NCBI GenBank assembly: GCA_964247135.1
Contig: CAXTTL010000016.1
Coordinates: 1-38,762, forward strand
DNA length: 38,762 nucleotides
Reading direction: 5' to 3'
DNA from: an uncultured Deinococcales bacterium
GTDB lineage: Bacteria > Deinococcota > Deinococci > Deinococcales > JAAFIG01
The translations under genes were made by a program, and so were the position numbers. The stretch's first letter is position 1. Every line of letters starts with the position of its first letter. The notes under the pieces are model-generated. The model was given only the letters and a program-made list of their open reading frames with translations. It searched no databases and had not been told where the DNA came from. Of the stretch, positions 1 to 9,258 are shown one piece after another.

Positions 1-45
1 GGATTTCTGCAAGGCAACCGTGAGAGACAAATCATTGAGTGAACT

Positions 46-1527
46 TTATAAACGTTGATATTCTGGATTTGGATTGTCAAGCGTCAAAGCTCTTTCGTTC
101 GGGCTGCGCACACTGGCAAACTGTTCGAGACGTGTTTTCAAAGACACGTAAATGCCGTTGGCAATACTGGACTCGAGTTGTAAATCTGCCAATTGTTTAT
201 TGAGACTCGCGTTGTTGTTTCGTAAAGCGATCAGTTTTGGGTTGAGATCGGTTTTTTCGGCACCGATGGCAACCCGTTCGGTCTCCAGATTTTTAATATC
301 CGCTTGAAGCGAGATCGAGCTTTGCAACAAGCCCTGATAGAGAGGATTGATTTCCTGATTTCTAAGCTTGAGGTTGACCAAATCTGAAAACTTAGCTCCA
401 TTTTCTGTCGCCTTTGCCAGCAAAGTTGGGTCACTGGTAATTTCGCGTTCCAGAACCAGAAGTTTGGGTTGACCTGCCAGTTGAGTCCGTACCTCCACCA
501 ATTTTGAGCTGACAACCGTCAGATCGGTTGTGATTCCCTGCAAACGATTAAGAATGACGCTGATTCTAGAACTCATCGCCGCTTCTTGACCCGCCAAAAT
601 TCCCATATCATATTGTTTGTTGAACGCCAGCAAACGGTCTCGAGCGGCGTTGTACTTGATTTGGGCTTCATTCACTTGACGGGTCAATTGTGCACGTACC
701 TGCTCAAGGTTACCGCCCGCCAAAGACGCCGCCTCTGCTCCACTCACTTGGGCGATGACATTCTCGGCTTTGAGGTAATTTGCGGTCTGGGCGGTTTGTT
801 GAACTTGAGCCTGTTTTAGTGCCTGCTGGGCTTGAACAATCAAATTGATTAAATTGGTGCGTTCGGTGACGGCGTTGTTCAATTCGCCTTGGTCAAGGGT
901 CAAGGTGCTTTTTGTGGTGTAGTCCAAGTATCTGGTCTGAGCCAGATCGCGTGCCCGTGTCGATTTCTCGAGTTCATTTGAAACGGTGTCGATTGAGCTT
1001 TCCATGCGGACTTTTGGAAGTTTATTGAGTTCAATTAGTGTTTGCTTCATCCATTGATTTGACAGAAAGGCTGCCAAATTGCCCGTTGGGGCTTCCGCCG
1101 CCAAACTGATGATTGGAACCAAGACCTGATCGGTGGTCGCCCCAATTTGGGGCTTGGTGAATTTGATTTTGAGAAACTTTTGCAGTCGATCAATATCAAA
1201 ATCGTTTCCGAGCCATGAGGCTGGTACATCTGGCTGAGCTTGAACCAAGGTTAAGAGTGGCTTCAACACCTGATGGGAATTGGCAATGGCTTCAATTTGT
1301 GAGTTGCTAAAACCTTGAACATCGGTGGTTTGAATTTTGGATTCAAATGAAGCTTTGAGTTGGGTGCTTTGCACTGTAAAAGTTGATTCCGCTTTGAAAA
1401 TCGGAGACATCAAAAACAGGGCATAAACGACCCCCAAAATCGCAAAAACCAGCGGAAGAATCAGTATCCAGCGGAGGTGTTTACGAAGGACAAAGAAAAC
1501 GTCACGTATTGAAATCTCGTCTTGCAC
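46..1527 (-). CDS. Wzz/GumC-like polysaccharide chain-length determinant, probably cut by a premature TAA
   Basis: AAGGAG RBS before GTG 1527; N-terminus 'DEISIRDVFFVLRKHLRWI' plus TM helix plus long coiled coil; no second TM before the stop; the frame stays open after the TAA to the window edge. Confidence 0.75.
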   Translation of the reverse strand: MQDEISIRDVFFVLRKHLRWILILPLVFAILGVVYALFLMSPIFKAESTFTVQSTQLKASFESKIQTTDVQGFSNSQIEAIANSHQVLKPLLTLVQAQPDVPASWLGNDFDIDRLQKFLKIKFTKPQIGATTDQVLVPIISLAAEAPTGNLAAFLSNQWMKQTLIELNKLPKVRMESSIDTVSNELEKSTRARDLAQTRYLDYTTKSTLTLDQGELNNAVTERTNLINLIVQAQQALKQAQVQQTAQTANYLKAENVIAQVSGAEAASLAGGNLEQVRAQLTRQVNEAQIKYNAARDRLLAFNKQYDMGILAGQEAAMSSRISVILNRLQGITTDLTVVSSKLVEVRTQLAGQPKLLVLEREITSDPTLLAKATENGAKFSDLVNLKLRNQEINPLYQGLLQSSISLQADIKNLETERVAIGAEKTDLNPKLIALRNNNASLNKQLADLQLESSIANGIYVSLKTRLEQFASVRSPNERALTLDNPNPEYQRL

Positions 1528-1631
1528 TATCGCTCCTTTAACGCTAAAAACGTCTAAAACCAATTACAAAGCCCGAAGATCATACATCGCCAACATGAAA
1601 AACCTGTTCATCTTTTGTCAATCTTTTTAAA

Positions 1632-2321
1632 TCAAACGTTCAGCACTGTAGCATCGATCCACCACTGCGTTTGTGGCGAAATGACCCGGTCTGCTGGAAA
1701 CAAACCCTGTCCCAATTGCGCAAAAATGCTGGCTTTTCCAGCCCCAGTCACAAAAAATTGTACCGTCCGAGCCGCGTTGATCGTGGTCAATCCCAGGCTG
1801 ACCCGAGCGACTTGAGGGCTTAAATCTGGGTTGGGGAAAGCTTCGAGCACCAAGGCTGGATTCTCGAGGGTGGTTTGGTTTGGAAACAGGGATGCGGTGT
1901 GACCGTCGTTGCCCAGCCCAAGATGGATCAGGTCAAACATGGGCAGACCGTCAAACATGACCTCGAGTTGGGCTTGGTACTCGAGGGTGGCGGCAGTTGC
2001 GCCCAGTTCGCCTTTGATGCGGTGAATGTTTTCATGAGGAATGTCGATCTGGTCGAGCAAGTTGGCTCGAGCCATGCCAAAGTTGGAGTCTGGGTGGTCA
2101 GGCGACACACAACGTTCATCGCCCCAAAAGAGGTGAATGTTTGCCCAAGGAACGCCGCCCAGTTGCGCCAGAGCGGCATAAACACCTTTTGGCGTGCTTC
2201 CACCTGCGAGTGCCACACAAAACCGTCCTCGGGCAGCAATAGTTTGGGTCGCTCGAGTTTTAAAATCGAGCGCCGCCGCCTGATAGAGTTCACCCACGCT
2301 GGCAAAAACCTGCTGGTTCAT
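1632..2321 (-). CDS. pgl: 6-phosphogluconolactonase
   Basis: Motifs LAGGSTP, WGDERCV, GLGNDGHTASLFP; ATG 2321 overlaps the zwf stop (ATGA). Confidence 0.95.
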   Translation of the reverse strand: MNQQVFASVGELYQAAALDFKTRATQTIAARGRFCVALAGGSTPKGVYAALAQLGGVPWANIHLFWGDERCVSPDHPDSNFGMARANLLDQIDIPHENIHRIKGELGATAATLEYQAQLEVMFDGLPMFDLIHLGLGNDGHTASLFPNQTTLENPALVLEAFPNPDLSPQVARVSLGLTTINAARTVQFFVTGAGKASIFAQLGQGLFPADRVISPQTQWWIDATVLNV

Positions 2322-3826
2322 GAGGCTGGAAGTTCGCGCCAAACTCGAGGGAGTCTGTCCGAAGATTCGCCAATGAACGTTACCGCGCGTTCTGGTCCCC
2401 AAGTCCCTGCGGCATAGGTTTCTGGGCTGAGGGCAGCATCCAGAAGCGGTTGAATCCAAGCCCAAGAGGCGACGACTTCATCCTCCCTGGGGAACAAACT
2501 GGCATCACCGAGCAAGGCATCCAAAATCAGGCGCTCGTAGGCGGCGGGTCCAAGGTCGCCGTTGTCGCGGTAGTTAAAGTCCATCTCGACCACCCGCAAG
2601 CTCGAGTCCAAACCAGGAACTTTGGCATCGAAACGCAAGCTGATGCCCTCATCTGGGTTGATGTGCAAAATCAATTGATTGGGCGAGGTTTGCTTGGGGA
2701 ACATGTTGAGCGGAGGGCGTTTGAAGACAATCGTAATTTCGGTGTTTTTGACGGGCAAACGCTTGCCGGAACGCACAAAGAATGGCACGCCAGCCCAACG
2801 CCAATTGTCAATTTCGACTTTGATTGCAAAATAGGTGGGCGTTTTGGATTCGGGAGCGACTTTGTCCTCTTGCAAGTAACCGATCACGGGTTGAGGAGCG
2901 TTGTTCTTGTCCAGAATTGAGCCAGCCGTGTACTGACCCAAAATGCTGACCGCCGCCGGATCGGTCAGTGGGCGCAGGGACTGTATGACTTTGACTTTCT
3001 CGTCGCGCAGGGCATTCGCGCCCAAGGTAAAACCACCGTCTTTGTAACTCGAGACTGGTGGTTCCATCGCAATTAAGGTCAGGAGTTGCATCACATGGTT
3101 TTGCATCATGTCGCGCAGCACGCCAGCCTCTTCGTAAAAACCGCCGCGCCCCTCGAGACCCAGATTCTCGGCGACGGTAATTTGCACGTGATCGACGTAA
3201 GTTCGATTCCAGAGCGGCTCGAAGATGGTGTTGGCAAAACGCAGTGAAAGAATATTTTGTACGGTTTCTTTGCCTAGAAAGTGGTCGATGCGGTAAATCT
3301 GGGATTCCTTGAAGGCGGCATGAAGCACGGTATTGAGTGATTGTGCCGTCTCGAGGCTGGTGCCAAACGGTTTTTCGACGATGATGCGGGTGTAACCCTG
3401 GTCTTCGTCGTTTAAGCCCGTTGCCGCCAGTTGCTCGGCGATGATCGGAAACACACTGGGCGGCACCGAGCAGTAAAACAACCAATTGTGAAAACCGGCA
3501 GCCTCGAGCTTGTCGCGCAAAGCTTGAAATTGTTCTTTGCTGCCAAATTCGGTGGTTTGGTAATCGAGTGCGCTCGAGAACCGCAGCCATGCCGCCTCGT
3601 CAATCACTCCAACCTCGCTGGACGCCTCGAGCGCCGTGCGGGTCAGTGCCTGATATTCTTCTTTGGTACTGGCTGTTCGCGCCACGCCGATGATCGCAAA
3701 CTTTTCGGGCATGTTGCCGTCCTTGACCATGCGGTACAGGGCGGGCAGGAGTTTTCGCTTGGTCAAATCGCCACTCGCACCAAAAATCACGATGGCGGCA
3801 GGCTCGAGCACGTTTTGAAAAGTCAT
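2318..3826 (-). CDS. zwf: Glucose-6-phosphate 1-dehydrogenase
   Basis: GASGDLTKRKL, EKPFG, YRIDHFLGKE, RWAGVPF; AAAGGA RBS before ATG 3826. Confidence 0.97.
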   Translation of the reverse strand: MTFQNVLEPAAIVIFGASGDLTKRKLLPALYRMVKDGNMPEKFAIIGVARTASTKEEYQALTRTALEASSEVGVIDEAAWLRFSSALDYQTTEFGSKEQFQALRDKLEAAGFHNWLFYCSVPPSVFPIIAEQLAATGLNDEDQGYTRIIVEKPFGTSLETAQSLNTVLHAAFKESQIYRIDHFLGKETVQNILSLRFANTIFEPLWNRTYVDHVQITVAENLGLEGRGGFYEEAGVLRDMMQNHVMQLLTLIAMEPPVSSYKDGGFTLGANALRDEKVKVIQSLRPLTDPAAVSILGQYTAGSILDKNNAPQPVIGYLQEDKVAPESKTPTYFAIKVEIDNWRWAGVPFFVRSGKRLPVKNTEITIVFKRPPLNMFPKQTSPNQLILHINPDEGISLRFDAKVPGLDSSLRVVEMDFNYRDNGDLGPAAYERLILDALLGDASLFPREDEVVASWAWIQPLLDAALSPETYAAGTWGPERAVTFIGESSDRLPRVWRELPAS

Positions 3827-3928
3827 GGGTTTCCTTTGAAGGGAGGCATTACCCATTATCTTAGCGTTTTTGGAGTGTATGTGGAATGAAATACACCTTT
3901 GAGGGCTGCCAGCCCTTAAACTGATGCG

Positions 3929-5428
3929 GTGAGTGAGCCAAAGCTCGAGACCCTTGAATCCATTTTGAACGCCCCTCCAGTCATCAAACTCGAGGGTGTC
4001 AACGTTGAATTCAACGCTCGGGCGGTGCTCAGAAACGTCTCGCTCGAGGTGGCGCACGGCGAGTTTATCGCCATCATCGGACCGAGCGGCGGCGGCAAAA
4101 GCACCCTGCTGCGGGTGATCGCGGGACTGTTGAAAGCCAACGGCACGGTCAGTGTTCAAGGGCAACCCGCCGTGGTGTTTCAAGATTACCGTTTGCTGCC
4201 CTGGCGCACGGTGCGCCAAAACGTGGCACTGCCCAGGGAATTAAACGGCAAGGGTTTGGCTCCAGACGACGTGCTGAAACAGGTCGGAATGCTCGAGTAC
4301 GCCAATTTGTACCCGCATCAGCTCTCGGGTGGAATGCGAGCCAGGATTGCGATTGCCAGGGCACTCGCGCAAAATGCTGAGGTGATCCTGTTCGACGAAC
4401 CCTTCGCCGCTCTGGACGCCCTGGTGCGCGAACGCTTCAACCTCGAGACCAAAAAAATTCACCGCAAAACCGGCAAAACCATCGTTTTTGTGACCCACAG
4501 CATCCGCGAGGCGGTCTACCTGGCGGATCGTGTGGTCGTCCTCAAAGACGGCGTGATCGACACGATTCTCGAGACACGAGGGCAAGGACGAATCACCAGT
4601 TTCACCGAACCGCTCGAGGCAGAATTGCGCTCAAGGCTCGGTTTGGGCGACAGCACTTTTGTCGAACCCACGCCCAAAGTGGTGCGTTTCCCCTGGGAAA
4701 TTCTGGGCATTTTGGCGGTCATCAACGCGTTATTGATTGCCTGGAATATTCTTGTGCCGGAATCCAGCTATTTCTTCCCAAGCCCAGGCAAAGTCTGGCG
4801 GGCGCTCTTGGAGAACCGCGACAACCAATTTGTCACCGGCACCCTCGAGACGCTGCGCATCACGGGCTTAGGTCTTTTATATTCGCTCGGCATTGGCATT
4901 CCCATCGGTTACGCGATGGGCAAAATTCGGGTGCTCGAGCGGCTGCTCTCCCCTTTTGTGGTGGCGCTTCAAGCCGTGCCAATTGTTGTCATCACGCCGC
5001 TTTTGGTGCTCGGACTGGGTTACGGCACCAGCTCGAGGGTCTTGATCGCCACGCTGATTTCAATTTTTCCAGTCTTGATTTCCACGATGGTCGGCGTGCG
5101 CGAGGTGGACCGCGTTTATAGAGAAGTTTTTAAGACCATCGGCTCGAGCGCCTGGGGAATGCTCTCTAAACTCGAGTTCCCTGGGGCACTGCCCGTGATT
5201 TTGAGCGGTTTGCGTAGCACCGCGTCGCTGGCATTGATTGGCACGGTGGTCGCAGAATTCACGCTTTCGGGCGGAGGCGGACTGGGTTATATTGTGGTCA
5301 ACGCCAAAAATCAGGGACGCTACGATGTCTCATTCGCCTCGGTTTTTGTTTTAATGGCGCTCGGCATCGGTTTGTACGCCATCATTGCGATCCTCGAGCA
5401 AATTGCGCTGCGCTACCGCAGGCGTTAA
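3929..5428 (+). CDS. Fused ABC transporter ATPase + permease (TauB/SsuB- plus TauC/SsuC-like)
   Basis: Walker A GPSGGGKST, LSGGM, FDEPF, FVTH, followed by about 6 TM helices; TAAACT 6 nt before GTG. Confidence 0.88.
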   Translation: MSEPKLETLESILNAPPVIKLEGVNVEFNARAVLRNVSLEVAHGEFIAIIGPSGGGKSTLLRVIAGLLKANGTVSVQGQPAVVFQDYRLLPWRTVRQNVALPRELNGKGLAPDDVLKQVGMLEYANLYPHQLSGGMRARIAIARALAQNAEVILFDEPFAALDALVRERFNLETKKIHRKTGKTIVFVTHSIREAVYLADRVVVLKDGVIDTILETRGQGRITSFTEPLEAELRSRLGLGDSTFVEPTPKVVRFPWEILGILAVINALLIAWNILVPESSYFFPSPGKVWRALLENRDNQFVTGTLETLRITGLGLLYSLGIGIPIGYAMGKIRVLERLLSPFVVALQAVPIVVITPLLVLGLGYGTSSRVLIATLISIFPVLISTMVGVREVDRVYREVFKTIGSSAWGMLSKLEFPGALPVILSGLRSTASLALIGTVVAEFTLSGGGGLGYIVVNAKNQGRYDVSFASVFVLMALGIGLYAIIAILEQIALRYRRR

Positions 5429-5530
5429 CAAAAGCGTCAAAAGCCCCGAATGAAGTCGGCGTGGGCTGCTACAATCTGGGTTGCTCGAGGTTTGGTGAAT
5501 AGCCAAACGATGAAAATAAGGTCAAGGGCA

Positions 5531-5554
5531 GGGCGCAGCAAGCAGCGCCCCTAC
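5531..5554 (-). repeat. GTAG-type REP, second subtype
   Basis: Minus strand reads GTAG-GGGCGC-TGCTTGCT-GCGCCC (GTAG tag plus hairpin). Confidence 0.6.
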
Positions 5555-5580
5555 GGTCTGAAACGATCAAAAGGTGCATT

Positions 5581-7137
5581 TTGAATTATTGGCGTAAAAA
5601 CTTAAAACCGTTGCTCGACGACGAAATCGGCACGATGTTCACGCAAGCCTCGACCCGCGTGGCGTTGTGCTTTCCCAACAAATACTCGGTGGCGATGGCG
5701 TCGCTGGGCTTTCAAGTCATTTACCGCATGTTTAACCAAGAACCAGGTTTTGCCTGCGAACGCGCCTTCCTGCCAGACGATGTGGACGCCTTCAAGCAGA
5801 GTGGCGAATACCTGCCGATGCTCGAGAGTGGGAACCCCGTAGGCGGGGCGGATTTGCTGGCGTTCAGCGTCTCGTTCGAGCTTGACTTGACCAACATCAT
5901 CAGGTTTCTCGAGCTTTCGGGCTTAAACCCCTGGCGCGAGGAGCGCGACGAATCCGACCCCGTGGTGATCGTCGGCGGACCGCTGACCTCGAGCAACCCT
6001 TACCCGCTCGCGCCATTTGCCGACGTGATTTGCATCGGTGACGGCGAGCTGATCGTACCGATCATTGCCGAGGCGTACCGTGAAGCATCAACCCGAGAAG
6101 AATTTTATGAGATGCTCGAGGGTCGCCCAGGCATTTACCTGCCTGACCGCATGGGTTTTGAACCGATGTGGGCTACTGCCCCCGTCGAAAAACTGCCCGC
6201 CTACAGCCAGATTGTCACGCCGCGTTCCGAGCTTTCCAACATGTTTTTGGTTGAGGCGCAACGCGGCTGCCCACGCCCCTGCACCTTCTGCCTTGCCCGA
6301 ACGATGTACGGACCAAACCGCAACAACGAAGCACAAAACCTGCTGGACTGCATTCCCGACTGGGTGACCAAAGTTGGACTGGTTGGCGCGGCACTGTCCG
6401 ACTTTAAGCACACCAAATACGTTGGACGTACCCTGACCGAACGCGGCATCAAATTGGGTGTCTCGAGCATCCGTGCCGACACCGTGGACACCGAGCTTGC
6501 CCAGATTTTGCGCGACGGTGGCTTGCGCTCGTTTACTGTTGCCAGCGACGCCGCCAGCCAACGATTGCGCGACTGGATGAAAAAAGGTATTTCTGAAGCC
6601 GACCTCACCAAAACCGCGCACATCACCAAAGACCTCGGCTTTAGCGGCTTGAAGGTCTACATGATGATCGGACTGCCACCCGAAAACGACGACGATATTA
6701 CCGAACTGATCGAATTCTCGAGAAGCCTTTCTAAAATTACCAAAGTCGCAATGGGCATCAGTCCATTCGTGCCAAAACGCCACACGCCACACCACGCCGA
6801 CCCGTTCGCGGGGGTGGACGTGATCGAAAAACGCTTCAAACGCATTCAAAAAGAATTGCGCCGCGACCTCGAGCTGCGGAACGTCTCAGCAAAATGGGCG
6901 TGGGTCGAAAATGTTATTGCGAGGGGTGGTCCAGAGATCGGACGCGCCGCGTACCTTGTCAAGGACTTTGAGAGTTACAGCTCGTGGCGCAAAGCGCTCG
7001 AGGAAATCGGTTGGAAAGACGAATTTGCTCAGAATGTTGTGACGCTCGAGCAAACACCAGGACAAGTCATTAAACCCGACGTGCTCGAGATGCCACGGGC
7101 GAACATGACCGATTTCATGGTGGCAAGCGGGGATTGA
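5581..7137 (+). CDS. B12-binding-domain-type radical SAM protein
   Basis: RGCPRPCTFC (CxxxCxxC); N-terminal FPNKYSVAMASLGFQ and FSVSFELD; KVYMMIGLP; TTG start. Confidence 0.88.
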   Translation: MNYWRKNLKPLLDDEIGTMFTQASTRVALCFPNKYSVAMASLGFQVIYRMFNQEPGFACERAFLPDDVDAFKQSGEYLPMLESGNPVGGADLLAFSVSFELDLTNIIRFLELSGLNPWREERDESDPVVIVGGPLTSSNPYPLAPFADVICIGDGELIVPIIAEAYREASTREEFYEMLEGRPGIYLPDRMGFEPMWATAPVEKLPAYSQIVTPRSELSNMFLVEAQRGCPRPCTFCLARTMYGPNRNNEAQNLLDCIPDWVTKVGLVGAALSDFKHTKYVGRTLTERGIKLGVSSIRADTVDTELAQILRDGGLRSFTVASDAASQRLRDWMKKGISEADLTKTAHITKDLGFSGLKVYMMIGLPPENDDDITELIEFSRSLSKITKVAMGISPFVPKRHTPHHADPFAGVDVIEKRFKRIQKELRRDLELRNVSAKWAWVENVIARGGPEIGRAAYLVKDFESYSSWRKALEEIGWKDEFAQNVVTLEQTPGQVIKPDVLEMPRANMTDFMVASGD

Positions 7138-7224
7138 AACTCGAGCATCGAAACCTTTTTAAACCCCATCTTCTCGAGACTTTTCACTGCACAGTCATGC
7201 TCGAACCTGATAAGCTCTTTTGAG

Positions 7225-8046
7225 ATGGCTGAAATCAAGGCAAAACAAGTGACAAATACGCTCGAATCGGCTCGAGCCGATTCGGCTTTGTTGCTGGCTC
7301 GAGTCACCCCTCAAGGGCGGGTATTGATGCGGGGTTTGCACGCCAGTTTTGTCGAGCTGACCAAGCTGGCGGCGCATTTGGCTGGTTTTGACTTTGATGG
7401 TTACATTCTGGCACTCGAGCCTGATGACAGCGTTTGCGCGATGGCGTTGTTGTTTGAAGGCAATTTGGTTTGCGCCAGCGCCATCAACGATGGTCATACG
7501 CTGTGGGGTGACGGTGCATTGATTGAACTCGCGCAACGTTTTACCTCGGGTGCGGTGCTCGAGGTGAGTGCGCTCGAGCGAGATTTGATTCACACAGTTT
7601 GCGGTCTGTCAGATCGGGTCTGGCGCGTGCAACCTGGCGACAATTTTTCTGGCATTCGCGGTCTGGGCGACGGACGCGTGGCGTTGTATCACGATGGCAG
7701 TATTTTGGCGCACATCAAAGCCAATTACCGCGAGACTGGCGCATTTCCAGCACCGCTTCGACCCGCGCATTTGACCCTGCCCAGGGTCGTTGGCGCCTGG
7801 GCGACCGAACGATACGGTTTTACCCTGCGCGGACGCGATGCCGTCAACCCAATCACCGACCATTACAACCGTGCCAGAGCCGCTTACGGCAAACCCGCGC
7901 TCGAGGTTTTGGGACAATTGGGTCGCGGCAAAACCCCGCTCGAGGTGGCTCAGACGCTCGAGAAAGACATCGCAGGTCTTGAAGGTTTGGTCGAAACGTT
8001 TGTGCGTGAAGGATTGTTGCACCGTCGGCGCGATCCTGACATGTAA
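7225..8046 (+). CDS. Hypothetical protein with possible C-terminal winged helix
   Basis: 273-aa ORF with typical codon usage; 'GKTPLEVAQTL...FVREGLL' looks wHTH-like. Confidence 0.7.
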   Translation: MAEIKAKQVTNTLESARADSALLLARVTPQGRVLMRGLHASFVELTKLAAHLAGFDFDGYILALEPDDSVCAMALLFEGNLVCASAINDGHTLWGDGALIELAQRFTSGAVLEVSALERDLIHTVCGLSDRVWRVQPGDNFSGIRGLGDGRVALYHDGSILAHIKANYRETGAFPAPLRPAHLTLPRVVGAWATERYGFTLRGRDAVNPITDHYNRARAAYGKPALEVLGQLGRGKTPLEVAQTLEKDIAGLEGLVETFVREGLLHRRRDPDM

Positions 8047-8064
8047 AGCAAAGCTTGAGAAGTA

Positions 8065-8110
8065 GTAGGGTGCGCCTTGCGTACCGTCAGAGACGTGTCT
8101 TTGGTGCGTA
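8065..8110 (+). repeat. REPIN copy, right arm truncated
   Basis: GTAGGGTGCGCCTTGCGTACC + 17-nt spacer + GGTGCGTA; homologous to 30312-30370. Confidence 0.8.
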
Positions 8111-8202
8111 TAACTTCGAGCTTCAGGGGCTTTGGTTCATTTCTCAAGGGTTAACGTTTTTGTTCTGAAATCCCAAAAACCATGCTCCTTGAATTCAAAA
8201 CG

Positions 8203-8236
8203 AGGCTCGAGGATTTTCAACCCCTCGAGCCTTTTG
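8203..8236. terminator. Probable bidirectional terminator between convergent genes
   Basis: AGGCTCGAGG-10 nt-CCTCGAGCCT, with AAAA before and TTT after. Confidence 0.65.
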
Positions 8237-8250
8237 GTTGTTGCCAATGT

Positions 8251-9195
8251 TTACTTCAGCCCAAAAATTCCATCAATTTTCTCGAGCACATCAGCCTCGA
8301 GCTTCACGCCTGAACCTTTGAGGTTTTCGGTGATTTGTTCTTCTTTGGTCGCCCCAACAATCGCGCTCGAGACGCCCGTTTGACGCAGCACCCAAGCCAA
8401 AGCCAGGGTCGTGCGCGAAATCCCGAGTTCGTCGGCGATGGGTTTGAGTTGACGCACTTTTTCAATGATTTCTGGGGTGCGCAAATCCTGCCCGATCTTG
8501 GTGCTCGAGAGTCTTGCGCCTTCGACTTCGCCAGCGTCGAACTTGCCGGTCAAAACGCCCATGCCAAGTGGCGACCAGCAGACCAGTCCAATGCCGTGTT
8601 TTTCGGTGACGGGCAAAATCTCGGTTTCGACCCGAGTACGGTGCACCATGCTGTAATGCGGTTGCTCGGTCACGGGCGCGACCAGACCGTTTGCTTTGGC
8701 GATACCGACCGCCTCGGCAATTTGCGCACCCGACCATTCGCTTGTGCCCCAGTACAAAATCTTGCCTTGGTGCACAAGGTCGGTCATGGCGTTGACGGTT
8801 TCCTCGAGTGGCGTCTCGAGGTCGTAGCGGTGGCAAAAGTAAATGTCGAGGTAATCGGTTTGCAGGCGTTTCAGGCTGCCCTCGATGCTTTGCATGATGT
8901 GTTTTCTCGAGAGACCGCGTCCGTTCACATCCTCAGAAAAGGGCCAGTAGCATTTGCTCGAGATCACCAGGTTGTCGCGGTCAAATTTTTTCAGGATCGC
9001 GCCCATCATCTTTTCGGATTCGCCACGGGAGTACACGTCGGCTTGGTCAAAAAAGTTGACGCCGCCTTCATGCGCGATGTCGATGATGCGTTCGGCAAGT
9101 TTGGCATCTTCGATGCTGCCGCCGAAGGTCGTCCAACCGCCGAGTGAGATGACTGATATTTTCATGCCAGTGTTGCCGAGTCGTCTGTATTCCAT
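8251..9195 (-). CDS. Aldo/keto reductase (Kv-beta-like subfamily)
   Basis: YRRLGNTG, FFDQADVY, GLSRKHI, YFCHRYD, YWGTSEW, WSPLG. Confidence 0.93.
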   Translation of the reverse strand: MEYRRLGNTGMKISVISLGGWTTFGGSIEDAKLAERIIDIAHEGGVNFFDQADVYSRGESEKMMGAILKKFDRDNLVISSKCYWPFSEDVNGRGLSRKHIMQSIEGSLKRLQTDYLDIYFCHRYDLETPLEETVNAMTDLVHQGKILYWGTSEWSGAQIAEAVGIAKANGLVAPVTEQPHYSMVHRTRVETEILPVTEKHGIGLVCWSPLGMGVLTGKFDAGEVEGARLSSTKIGQDLRTPEIIEKVRQLKPIADELGISRTTLALAWVLRQTGVSSAIVGATKEEQITENLKGSGVKLEADVLEKIDGIFGLK

Positions 9196-9258
9196 AGGCG
9201 TTCAGCCTAACGCCGCAACACGTTTTTGGCTTGCATTCTGGGGAACAAAACTCGAGCT

